From an uncultured virus (IMG/VR IMGVR_UViG_3300037420_001751) (Duplodnaviria; Heunggongvirae; Uroviricota; Caudoviricetes), in the IMG/VR virus record IMGVR_UViG_3300037420_001751: a stretch of DNA of 20,000 nt, one strand, 5' to 3'. A program made the position numbers and the translations under genes. Below, in pieces: positions 1 to 6,739 of the stretch. The notes under the pieces were generated by a model. It did no database searches and was not told the origin of the DNA. It saw only the letters and a list, made by a program, of their open reading frames with translations. The stretch's first letter is position 1, and each line of letters begins with the position of its first letter.

Positions 1-12
1 GTTTCAATAGGG

Positions 13-789
13 TTAGTCGACGACTTGGATCTTGGTCGCGTCATTTCCGGCTTTTTCCAACGCTGCGCGGTAGAGTGCCGGCTGAACTGCTTCCTGCCTC
101 GTCAGTTTCACGGTCGCGACTTGGCCGCCCCCGCCATTTCCGTTTCCACCTTGCCCGCGGTCGCTGCTCGAGCCACCGCCGGATGCTGCCGGCGCCTTAA
201 ACGCAGGAGCGTATTTCTTATCGGCTTTCGCTTCGCCCACCAGTTCGGTGATCGTCATCGCTTCACCGGTTTTGGCTGAAACACGAGCTTTGCCGTCCTT
301 CCCTACCACTTGTACCACAAAGTCACCATCTTTTTCAACGATCTTCAGGTTGGATCGGAGATGGGGGGTCACCAGGAACTCATCGCCTTCCTGGGCGACG
401 ATCTCTTTGATGAGCACATTGTCGATGAGTTCTTTCTCCAGGCGCCCTTTCATGCGGCCTTCCGCATCACGCGCGGTGGAAACTTCGCGGTCGCGCGTCT
501 TGTTGTTTTCCTGCACAGCCTGCGCGATGCGTTGGAGGACTTGCTGTTCGCGCTGATCGCCCTCTTCCATCTCTTTCAGCGCCTTCTGGATCGTGGCCGC
601 GTCGACCTTATCGCCGAGTCCGACAAACTTGTCGTACACCGTTTTGTATTTCGAATTGTTGGTCAGCAATTCCTGGTGCTTCTGCAGCAGCGGAGCCGCA
701 TCGACGACCCAAACCTCACCCTCCTGTACTGCTTTCTCCCGTACATTCTCGGGGATTTCGTCTTTGGTTGCGTACACGATCTTCGGCAT
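13..789 (-). CDS. Phage head scaffolding protein (putative)
   Basis: 258 aa directly downstream of the portal gene; charged coiled-coil middle and Gly/Ser-rich C-terminal linker (ASGGGSSSDRGQGGNGNGGGG); purine-rich RBS AAAAGGAAAAACAG before ATG. Confidence 0.75.
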   Translation of the reverse strand: MPKIVYATKDEIPENVREKAVQEGEVWVVDAAPLLQKHQELLTNNSKYKTVYDKFVGLGDKVDAATIQKALKEMEEGDQREQQVLQRIAQAVQENNKTRDREVSTARDAEGRMKGRLEKELIDNVLIKEIVAQEGDEFLVTPHLRSNLKIVEKDGDFVVQVVGKDGKARVSAKTGEAMTITELVGEAKADKKYAPAFKAPAASGGGSSSDRGQGGNGNGGGGQVATVKLTRQEAVQPALYRAALEKAGNDATKIQVVD

Positions 790-806
790 CTGTTTTTCCT
801 TTTATA

Positions 807-852
807 GGGCTTAGCCCGATTTCCAGCTTAGCTGGCTGGTAGGATTACCCTA
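807..852 (-). promoter_or_regulatory. Three short hairpins with UAA loops in the scaffold 5' leader
   Basis: Minus strand TAGGG-TAA-TCCTA (852-840), CCAGC-TAA-GCTGG (835-823), GGGC-TAA-GCCC (817-807); loops exactly 17 nt apart. Confidence 0.55.
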
Positions 853-866
853 AACGATGCCCGGGG

Positions 867-2390
867 TTAAGCGCCAGCGCCGGACTTGTTTTGGATAGTC
901 GGCTGGCCGTCGGGGCCCGGAGCGGGCTTGTTCGGATCAATGAAGGGGCCTTCTGCCTTGGCAGCGGACAACTCCTTATTGATATCCGTGTGCGGGGCCA
1001 GCACACCGCGGCGCTTTAGCTCGGCGAGGTACGTCAAATGCGAAATCTGACCCTTCAGTCGGCTTTCCAGCAACGACTGGAGATCAGCGGCGTCCTGAGC
1101 GGTAAGTCCGAAGTCCGTGCTAATAGTGATGAGCTTACCTTTCGGCGCTTCCTGCCCTTCCCACGCATACATGAAGCCCAGCGCCGCCGTGATGCCGTCC
1201 TCGGTAGCCTTCACCATTGCGCCGAGGTCGGAATCCTCCGCCTTGTTGCTATGGGACTCCTCCGTCGCCGTCGTTTCCGTCTTGCCACGCCGCTGAAGCA
1301 GTTCCGCACCCGCAACAGCCATTCGCGCTTCAATGTCCTGGAGGTCTTTACGACCCGCTTCAATGGCAGCACCCGTATGCTCGATGATCTTCATGTCCGC
1401 ATCCGGACTGGAGAGCCGCACCATACGGTCGGGGCCGATGATGATCTTATCCTTTGGGGCGCCGTTCTCGTCCAGAGTTGGTTGCCACCCCTTCAAGAAC
1501 CAAATGGGCACACGCGCCACGTGCAAAATGTTTCGCTGATCACTTGACGACTGCCAATGCTCAATGTTCAACCACGCTAGGTCTTCCAACGGGGGCTTGG
1601 CCAGCATGTAGCCGATGCGCTCCCCAAAGTACATGGTGACAAGCGGAATTTCCGGAAGGGTGATTTCCCCCTCATCCACGATGACCCACATCTTCTCGCC
1701 ACGGTCGTTCTTCACCGCCTCGAACAAGCGGAAGCCCACAACGCGCACGCCGTCCACTACGATGCGCTCAAACACACGCACACGCTCGCGGCATTCCTCT
1801 CCCCACGCGCCAACTTGTACTACTACGTGCTCAAGGATACGGAGCTGGGTCAGGACAGGACGGCCGTTTTCCATCACGTACTGCCAGCCAATCACGTTGT
1901 CGGGTTCCAGAACTACGAAGTACGGGCGAATGTTCTGGGCGGTTTTGTCCTGTAGCGTGATGCGGTTTTTGACGCTGGGGTATTCCATCAGCAAGTGGAC
2001 GATACCCTTTTTCACGCCTACTGCGAAACACTGCCGGGTGACATTGTGCAAGTCGTTCCCGAGCAAGTCCGCGTCAGTCAGGTACTCGCGGAACTCATCC
2101 TTAATCGCTTCCGAGATAGTGATGTCTTCGGAAAACGGCTTGCCCACCAGCGTGCGCACGCTGCGCGACATCCCGTTGAACAAGAAAGTCTTGTTCAAGC
2201 GATGGTTGTACCCTTGCTGCGATTCCGCGGCTTCCATCGGAAGATATTTCTGCGCTTCATCGCGCATTGCTTGAGTACCGCCCATGAGGGAGTTGATCAT
2301 ATCCCAGACGGGTTGCATCATCCTATAGGCGCGGTTAGGAGTGGAGACATCCGCCTTGGACGGGTCAATTTGCGTGATAGGCAGAATCAT
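867..2390 (-). CDS. Phage portal protein (DUF4055-like)
   Basis: 507 aa immediately after terL (4-nt overlap); motifs GGT.AMR...YLP....ES...Y..RL and PPL.DLA.LNI.HWQS.SD...ILH.A.VP typical of this portal family. Confidence 0.9.
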   Translation of the reverse strand: MILPITQIDPSKADVSTPNRAYRMMQPVWDMINSLMGGTQAMRDEAQKYLPMEAAESQQGYNHRLNKTFLFNGMSRSVRTLVGKPFSEDITISEAIKDEFREYLTDADLLGNDLHNVTRQCFAVGVKKGIVHLLMEYPSVKNRITLQDKTAQNIRPYFVVLEPDNVIGWQYVMENGRPVLTQLRILEHVVVQVGAWGEECRERVRVFERIVVDGVRVVGFRLFEAVKNDRGEKMWVIVDEGEITLPEIPLVTMYFGERIGYMLAKPPLEDLAWLNIEHWQSSSDQRNILHVARVPIWFLKGWQPTLDENGAPKDKIIIGPDRMVRLSSPDADMKIIEHTGAAIEAGRKDLQDIEARMAVAGAELLQRRGKTETTATEESHSNKAEDSDLGAMVKATEDGITAALGFMYAWEGQEAPKGKLITISTDFGLTAQDAADLQSLLESRLKGQISHLTYLAELKRRGVLAPHTDINKELSAAKAEGPFIDPNKPAPGPDGQPTIQNKSGAGA

Positions 2391-3646
2391 ACCCTAAACT
2401 CCTGGGTGCTCATTACGCCGCCGCGAAGGTCCGGAGCAACTCCAAGGACAAGATAAGCTGAGTTGTCTGTCCAGTGGTCAAGTCCGCCCTTTTTGTCCGG
2501 CAATCGAGTCCCCTCTTTGAAGCACAGTCCGTCAAATGCTTTGATGGTGTTCGGACAACCCTTGGGGTCGAAGAATAAATGCCGCTCACCGTTGGCACTC
2601 TTAAGCATAGCATTGACTGTGTTGTGCTTGTCGGTGTTAAGGTACGGCCGACCCGGATCGTACAGTTCAAATCCATGTCGGCGGATGATTGTGTAGTCCG
2701 TTTGTCCAACAACGCCTTTTGTGCTGCGGCTGTTTCCAGCCGGGTCCGGGAAGCAGACAATCGTTTTGCCGGGGAAACGGCGCTTCGTTTCCTGACACAT
2801 TTCCTCAGTATTGGAGTTGCGGATGCCGATCTCAGCGAAGAAATTGATATCGCGACCGCGCTTCTGCGCAAAGCTCGCAGTCATCGGGTCGACGTTAAAG
2901 TCCAAGCCCATTAAGATGACGCCATCTACGTATGTGTACTCGCGAAGATTACCCGTACCAATGTTGCGATCGAAGGAATCGTAAACGCGGCCAGTAAGAT
3001 TTTCAAAACTTGCGTGCCACTCTTGCTTGAACTGCCTTTCAGTGATGGTAGGATCATTCTTCGCCGTATCATACTCCGCTTGTGGGATGTAACCGCCTTC
3101 CATTGCGGTGAAATGATACGCGCCATAGTATTCAGGCGTAGCTTGCGCAGCCATGTATAGCTCATAGAAATGATCGTATCCCTTAGGAGTTCCGATAAAC
3201 AGTACACGTCCTTGGGTTGTCGCCAACATGGGACGGATAACTTCGCCCCATACATTCAGATCCATATCGGCGTACTCGTCCATCACGCAGTAATCCAGGG
3301 CCACACCGCGGAGGCTGTCCGGATTATCCGCGCCCTTGAGGGCGATCTCACTGCCGTTCTTTAGGACAATAGTGAGTTCCTGCTCGTTGATGGAGGTGCG
3401 GGCTTCCTCCGGCACGTAGCTCTTAAGAATCTTCCAGGCGATCATCTTCGCCTGTTTATAGGTAGGTGCTACATACCACGATGTCGAGCCAGGTTTTTGA
3501 GTCGCGGTTTCAATGAGCTTAGCCACCGCGAGATAAGTCTTTCCAAAACGACGCCCCGCAACCACAACCACAAAACGACGCCGATCATTGTAAATCCGCC
3601 ACTGGTTCTTTTTTAAACGGATTAGTGTGGAGCTAGGGTGAATCAC
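2387..3646 (-). CDS. terL: Terminase large subunit
   Basis: Walker A AGRRFGKT, YVAPT, Walker B YCVMDEY, coupling motif IGTP, RNase H-like nuclease acidic motifs GLDFN, DPAG, DHWTD. Confidence 0.96.
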   Translation of the reverse strand: MIHPSSTLIRLKKNQWRIYNDRRRFVVVVAGRRFGKTYLAVAKLIETATQKPGSTSWYVAPTYKQAKMIAWKILKSYVPEEARTSINEQELTIVLKNGSEIALKGADNPDSLRGVALDYCVMDEYADMDLNVWGEVIRPMLATTQGRVLFIGTPKGYDHFYELYMAAQATPEYYGAYHFTAMEGGYIPQAEYDTAKNDPTITERQFKQEWHASFENLTGRVYDSFDRNIGTGNLREYTYVDGVILMGLDFNVDPMTASFAQKRGRDINFFAEIGIRNSNTEEMCQETKRRFPGKTIVCFPDPAGNSRSTKGVVGQTDYTIIRRHGFELYDPGRPYLNTDKHNTVNAMLKSANGERHLFFDPKGCPNTIKAFDGLCFKEGTRLPDKKGGLDHWTDNSAYLVLGVAPDLRGGVMSTQEFRV

Positions 3647-3947
3647 GCCACACCCCGTTCAAAATTTGAAATTTGGCTCCGCATGCGCACTGTAGTTTAG
3701 TTTTGATCGTCAAAGGTATTTGCGAGTCCAATTGTACACTGCCAGGTATTCCGTACTTATCACCGCAGCGCATACACCTAAAGATGATGGAGGGAACGAG
3801 CCGCCACGCATCCGGGAGGAAGCAACCTTTTCCGTGATGCTTTCCTTCTGCATCACACGCGCGGCATTTGGTGATCAGGCAATAGTCGCCTTTGTGTATC
3901 ACAAGCTGAGGGCTTGGGCGACTTGTCACTTGGTGAGTGTAAAACAA
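3633..3947 (-). CDS. Small Cys-rich, probably Zn-binding protein (start uncertain, likely downstream of 3947)
   Basis: CRAC, CMRC, CACG motifs; overlaps the terL start. Confidence 0.55.
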   Translation of the reverse strand: MFYTHQVTSRPSPQLVIHKGDYCLITKCRACDAEGKHHGKGCFLPDAWRLVPSIIFRCMRCGDKYGIPGSVQLDSQIPLTIKTKLQCACGAKFQILNGVWRDSP

Positions 3948-3969
3948 AACCCCGCCACACGGGCGGGGT
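3941..3969 (-). terminator. Rho-independent terminator
   Basis: ACCCCGCC-CGTGT-GGCGGGGT followed by TTTGTTTT on the minus strand. Confidence 0.8.
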
Positions 3970-3988
3970 CATGAACTGCGGGCCTTGC

Positions 3989-4438
3989 TTACTGCCGGAC
4001 GAAAAACAAATATGTTTCCGACGCGGTAGGCGTGATCGGTGACGCGGTGTTGTTGCAGAAGTTGATCCCAACCTGGTTCGCCGCGGATGCTCGAACGTTC
4101 GGAACGCTGAGCCCGGCTTGCGCCGAGGGTTTGTTTACATCCACCACATCGCCGGTTGCCACACCGGTAACGGTGAACGTTTGCTCCGCGCAGGTGTTGG
4201 CCGCGACCTGAGCGGGGGAAATGGTGGCGGTAAGCTTTCCGAGACGGGTCACGGATGCGGCTCCGCCGGTCAGCGAAAGCGATCCACCGTCCAACTTGCC
4301 GGTTACTTCGATGAAACCATCCTGCCGGCCGACAGGGCTATTTTCGATCCAACCTTTTCCGCCGCGGCTTTGCGAAAACGCAATCACCGCGAACAGGGCC
4401 AGGCCCAAGAAGATGAGAAAACCACGTGACTTGCTCAT
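3989..4438 (-). CDS. Signal-peptide-bearing protein with a virion decoration-like beta-sandwich C-terminal domain
   Basis: Start MSKSRG after AAGGAG RBS; hydrophobic N-terminus ending AFS-Q; C-terminal pattern ISPAQVAANTCAEQTFTVTGVATGDVV...AANQVGINFCN resembles phage head/tail accessory domains (recalled, not searched). Confidence 0.55.
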   Translation of the reverse strand: MSKSRGFLIFLGLALFAVIAFSQSRGGKGWIENSPVGRQDGFIEVTGKLDGGSLSLTGGAASVTRLGKLTATISPAQVAANTCAEQTFTVTGVATGDVVDVNKPSAQAGLSVPNVRASAANQVGINFCNNTASPITPTASETYLFFVRQ

Positions 4439-4470
4439 AAGGGTGCACTCCTTACCCTTAATTATCAGCC

Positions 4471-4500
4471 AAAACAAAAAGCGCCCACAAGGAGCGCTTT
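4471..4500 (-). terminator. Rho-independent terminator
   Basis: AAAGCGCTC-CTTGT-GGGCGCTTT then TTGTTTT on the minus strand. Confidence 0.75.
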
Positions 4501-4521
4501 ATGATCCTGACGGGGCTCGAT

Positions 4522-4896
4522 TTAGAGCCGCAGCGGTGATCGGTTCTGCCAGATGTACTGGTCTGGTTCTGCGTTGACGTTGAAAAACGGATCGGACACC
4601 GTACATCGTCTGGTGACCTTTGCCTCCGTGTTCATGTATCTGCCGAGGATCGCGTGCGTACGATCCATGACTTCCTGATCGGCGCCGGCCGTGAAATGTT
4701 CGGCGGCTGCCGGTTCCTGCATGATCGACTGCTCTTTGCTATAAATAACATTCATGGCCGGAGCCACGGCTACAGGCGGCGATGCACGCATGGCCGTCAC
4801 AGCCTCTTGGTGGTGGGTGCTCGTCGGCACCGCGCTAGCGGAGACGGCGAAAACGCCCAGGAGCAGGACAAGCGTGAGTACAAGCAACGTTCTCAT
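4522..4896 (-). CDS. Hypothetical exported protein
   Basis: Start MRTLLVLTLVLLLGVFAVSASA, a Sec-type signal peptide; preceded by TTGTGC-17-TAAGCT with ATG 8 nt after the -10. Confidence 0.65.
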   Translation of the reverse strand: MRTLLVLTLVLLLGVFAVSASAVPTSTHHQEAVTAMRASPPVAVAPAMNVIYSKEQSIMQEPAAAEHFTAGADQEVMDRTHAILGRYMNTEAKVTRRCTVSDPFFNVNAEPDQYIWQNRSPLRL

Positions 4897-4937
4897 ATAG
4901 GAAAAGCTTACGCGGGGGAGGAGGGTTGCACAAGGCA

Positions 4938-4966
4938 AATTAAAAGCGGGGATTGCTCCCCGCTCT
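4938..4966 (-). terminator. Rho-independent terminator ending the ncRNA cassette
   Basis: AGCGGGGA-GCAA-TCCCCGCT followed by TTTAATTT. Confidence 0.85.
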
Positions 4967-5357
4967 CGACTCTTCTGTTGCTAGGCGTATGAGTCCCGGC
5001 CCCGCGTACCTATTTCTAGGCCGCAGCCGCCATTGCCATTGCCTTTTTAGGGGCGAACGGAACGACGTTGGATACAGTGGTTTTGCCAGCTATATCGATT
5101 GTGTGTCGACTACGTGCGCCACACCACCCGGCACGAAACAGTTCCGTCGAAGCCGTGACGCCCCCACCGTGAGCGACTCGTCATTGCTGAGCAGGGAGCT
5201 GTTAATCGCTTGTCAGGCCCAAAGAACGAGTGACAACGCGCCCGGCTATCTTGACTCCTCAATAGCCAGCATCCCTCGAATCGCGCACGGTGGAGGCGGC
5301 GGGAGTTGAACCCGCGTCCGAAACTGCGTTGACGTGCGTAGCGGAGAACAGGGTGAA
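4945..5357 (-). ncRNA. ssrA: Circularly permuted (two-piece) tmRNA gene
   Basis: Acceptor piece first (~5357-5291, ends GGACGCGGGTTCAACTCCCGCCGCCTCCA); intervening segment 5290-5166; coding piece starts at 5165 GGGGGCGTCACGGCTTCGACGG; 7-bp stem GGGGGCG/CGCCTCC with G3-U70; inter-piece helix CGGAACTGT/GCAGTTTCG; tag ORF 5087-5016. Confidence 0.95.
5016..5087 (-). other. tmRNA tag reading frame (A)GKTTVSNVVPFAPKKAMAMAAAA*
   Basis: Resume context ATAGCT|GGC AAA; 23 codons then TAG; hydrophobic Ala-Ala C-terminus typical of ssrA degrons. Confidence 0.9.
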
Positions 5358-5361
5358 CAAA

Positions 5362-5726
5362 AAGGCTCAACTCATCCCCCGAATCCAACCGCCGTACTTC
5401 CCGCCACGGCTCGTGGCGATATGTTTACGTGGCGCGTCCGCCCAAGGTGGAACGTATTTCCTGTCCTCTTTGTCATAAAGTGCGGTTGTATGCCTACGAC
5501 CACACCCGGCCTATCAGAGGTCAGGGGCCCTTTACACCGTCGGGGCCAGCGCGGTGGTCCGCCCTGTTCCCCGCTACGTACATCAAATGGCCGTCTCTCC
5601 GACCTGTCATACGGATTCTCTTAGGAGTGCTAGCGTATTTAGAACCGTATATTAACGTGCTCTCATTCCGGTCTCCCATTCGGGCTAGGACCTACCCAGA
5701 CATGTCCTTCGCAGTGATCGAGCCTT
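5362..5726 (-). ncRNA. Large structured ncRNA, possibly a compact ROOL-like RNA
   Basis: Closing helix AAGGCTCGA/TTGAGCCTT (extendable); internal helices ATACGGTTCT/AGAATCCGTAT, AGGTCGG/CTGACCT, GGCCC/GGGCC, GTGTGGTCGTA/TACAACCGCAC, CGCCACG/CGTGGCG; no credible ORF. Family assignment is from recall only. Confidence 0.6.
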
Positions 5727-5735
5727 AGGTACCAG

Positions 5736-5853
5736 GCTGGTCTAGTCACAAAGATCAAAATTTGGTATACGGTGGTGAGTTTTTGGTTCACCGTATCTTT
5801 CCAGCACTCCCGAAAGGTGTATCCAGCTTCGACCATTGAACCCACAGGCCAGC
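5736..5853 (-). ncRNA. Rod-like structured RNA of unknown type
   Basis: Nested pairings GCTGG/CCAGC, GGTCGAAG/TTTTGATC, TGG-ATAC/GTAT-A-CCA, apical GGTGA/TCACC; lies between two other ncRNA domains. Confidence 0.4.
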
Positions 5854-5865
5854 AGTCGGGGTGCA

Positions 5866-6067
5866 GGCTGTAATTTGAGAGCCCCACCGCTCCGATTCGA
5901 ACGGAGAGTACCGGCATTGGATAACCCAGTATCCGATGCGCTGGTGACAACGAGGATGCCTCCTCCGCCACTCCCTATTGCGTACCGCGTCACGCTAAAC
6001 GTGACAGCGGGTAGGTCACTCCAGGCACACGCAATGCGCCACCTTGTGGGGCTCTCAAATTACAGCC
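5866..6067 (-). ncRNA. Oversized tRNA-like RNA closed by a perfect 22-bp inverted repeat
   Basis: GGCTGTAATTTGAGAGCCCCAC at 5866-5887 and its reverse complement at 6046-6067; T-arm CTCCG-TTCGAAT-CGGAG (5906-5890) next to the closing stem; three further arms. Confidence 0.65.
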
Positions 6068-6108
6068 AGTCAAAAGCAGGATTGCCCGCCAACCCTGCTC
6101 TTGACTGG
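6066..6108 (-). other. 19-bp RNA hairpin
   Basis: CCAGTCAAGAGCAGGGTTG-GCGGG-CAATCCTGCTTTTGACTGG; fully paired on the minus strand using two G-U pairs. Confidence 0.7.
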
Positions 6109-6209
6109 ATGGACCGGGGTATGTCAGCCACGGTCGTCCAGTGTGCGGAGGCGCCAGAGCATAGCGGCCTCACAGCTCCGCGGGGCACAGGTCCCGCATC
6201 ACTAAGTAC

Positions 6210-6238
6210 ATGCTAGCAGCGCATGTTTGTACGTACAA
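6210..6238 (-). promoter_or_regulatory. Sigma70-type promoter for the ncRNA cassette
   Basis: TTGTAC-17 nt-TAGCAT with extended -10 TG, preceded by ACC as in other promoters of this window. Confidence 0.7.
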
Positions 6239-6245
6239 GGTATTC

Positions 6246-6458
6246 TCAATCCCTCTTCTTGGGCGGAACGATACGCAGTATCTCTTGCACTAGTTCCGTG
6301 TGCTCCGAATTCATCAAGCGCATCACATCCGCGCTGATTTCTTCGATCTTGGGTAGCCGCAAGGGCAGCGGCAAAACCGCAAACTTGCCGGCAAGGATGT
6401 TGATTTGCATGTTTGCATGGTACAGCTTTTTGAAGAGCTTGAATTCCTTTTCCGTCAC
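6246..6458 (-). CDS. Hypothetical protein
   Basis: 70 aa ORF with 4-nt overlap to the upstream gene. Confidence 0.55.
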   Translation of the reverse strand: MTEKEFKLFKKLYHANMQINILAGKFAVLPLPLRLPKIEEISADVMRLMNSEHTELVQEILRIVPPKKRD

Positions 6459-6730
6459 GGTTTCCCCACAAAGGCAGAACTACGATAGTAGTCGTCGTGA
6501 TGCGCTTGGTCATATCGGTGCCCTTCTGAAACTTCGTGAGCACGGTAACCCCACCATTTCTTGTAGTAGTCACCGAAATCACTGTCCAAACAGAGTTTGA
6601 CCAGCTTAGGACGGGGGTCGTATCCGGTCCCCAAGCAGCGGTAACACGTATACATCCGTACCTCCCCTCCGCCGCTTTGAACCGTCACCATCCCATCGCC
6701 CTCACAGCTCCGACAGGCGTTTGATTCCAT
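6455..6730 (-). CDS. Small protein with DnaJ-type CxxCxGxG zinc finger
   Basis: CRSCEGDG and CYRCLGTG; ATG 6 nt after a TAGCAT -10. Confidence 0.65.
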   Translation of the reverse strand: MESNACRSCEGDGMVTVQSGGGEVRMYTCYRCLGTGYDPRPKLVKLCLDSDFGDYYKKWWGYRAHEVSEGHRYDQAHHDDYYRSSAFVGKP

Positions 6731-6739
6731 GTGTGTATG

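Noticed and set aside
25..3364. Plus-strand ORFs opposite scaffold, portal and terL
   Set aside because: Antisense shadows of high-GC coding genes with no independent support
5288..5320. tRNA/tmRNA 3'-end fragment as a prophage attachment site
   Set aside because: The matching 5' end, inter-piece helices, tag frame and terminator are all present, no integrase is nearby, and phage genes continue on both sides
5881..6052. Canonical tRNA gene
   Set aside because: About 170 nt, no recognisable D-loop or 7-nt anticodon loop, no CCA; kept only as tRNA-like
5866..6067. Retron msr-msd bounded by a1/a2 inverted repeats
   Set aside because: No reverse transcriptase in the window, and the internal T-arm points to a tRNA-like fold
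4953..6216. ORF-track ORFs across the ncRNA cassette
   Set aside because: No RBS, no recognisable protein motifs, mutually overlapping, and coincide with strong RNA structure
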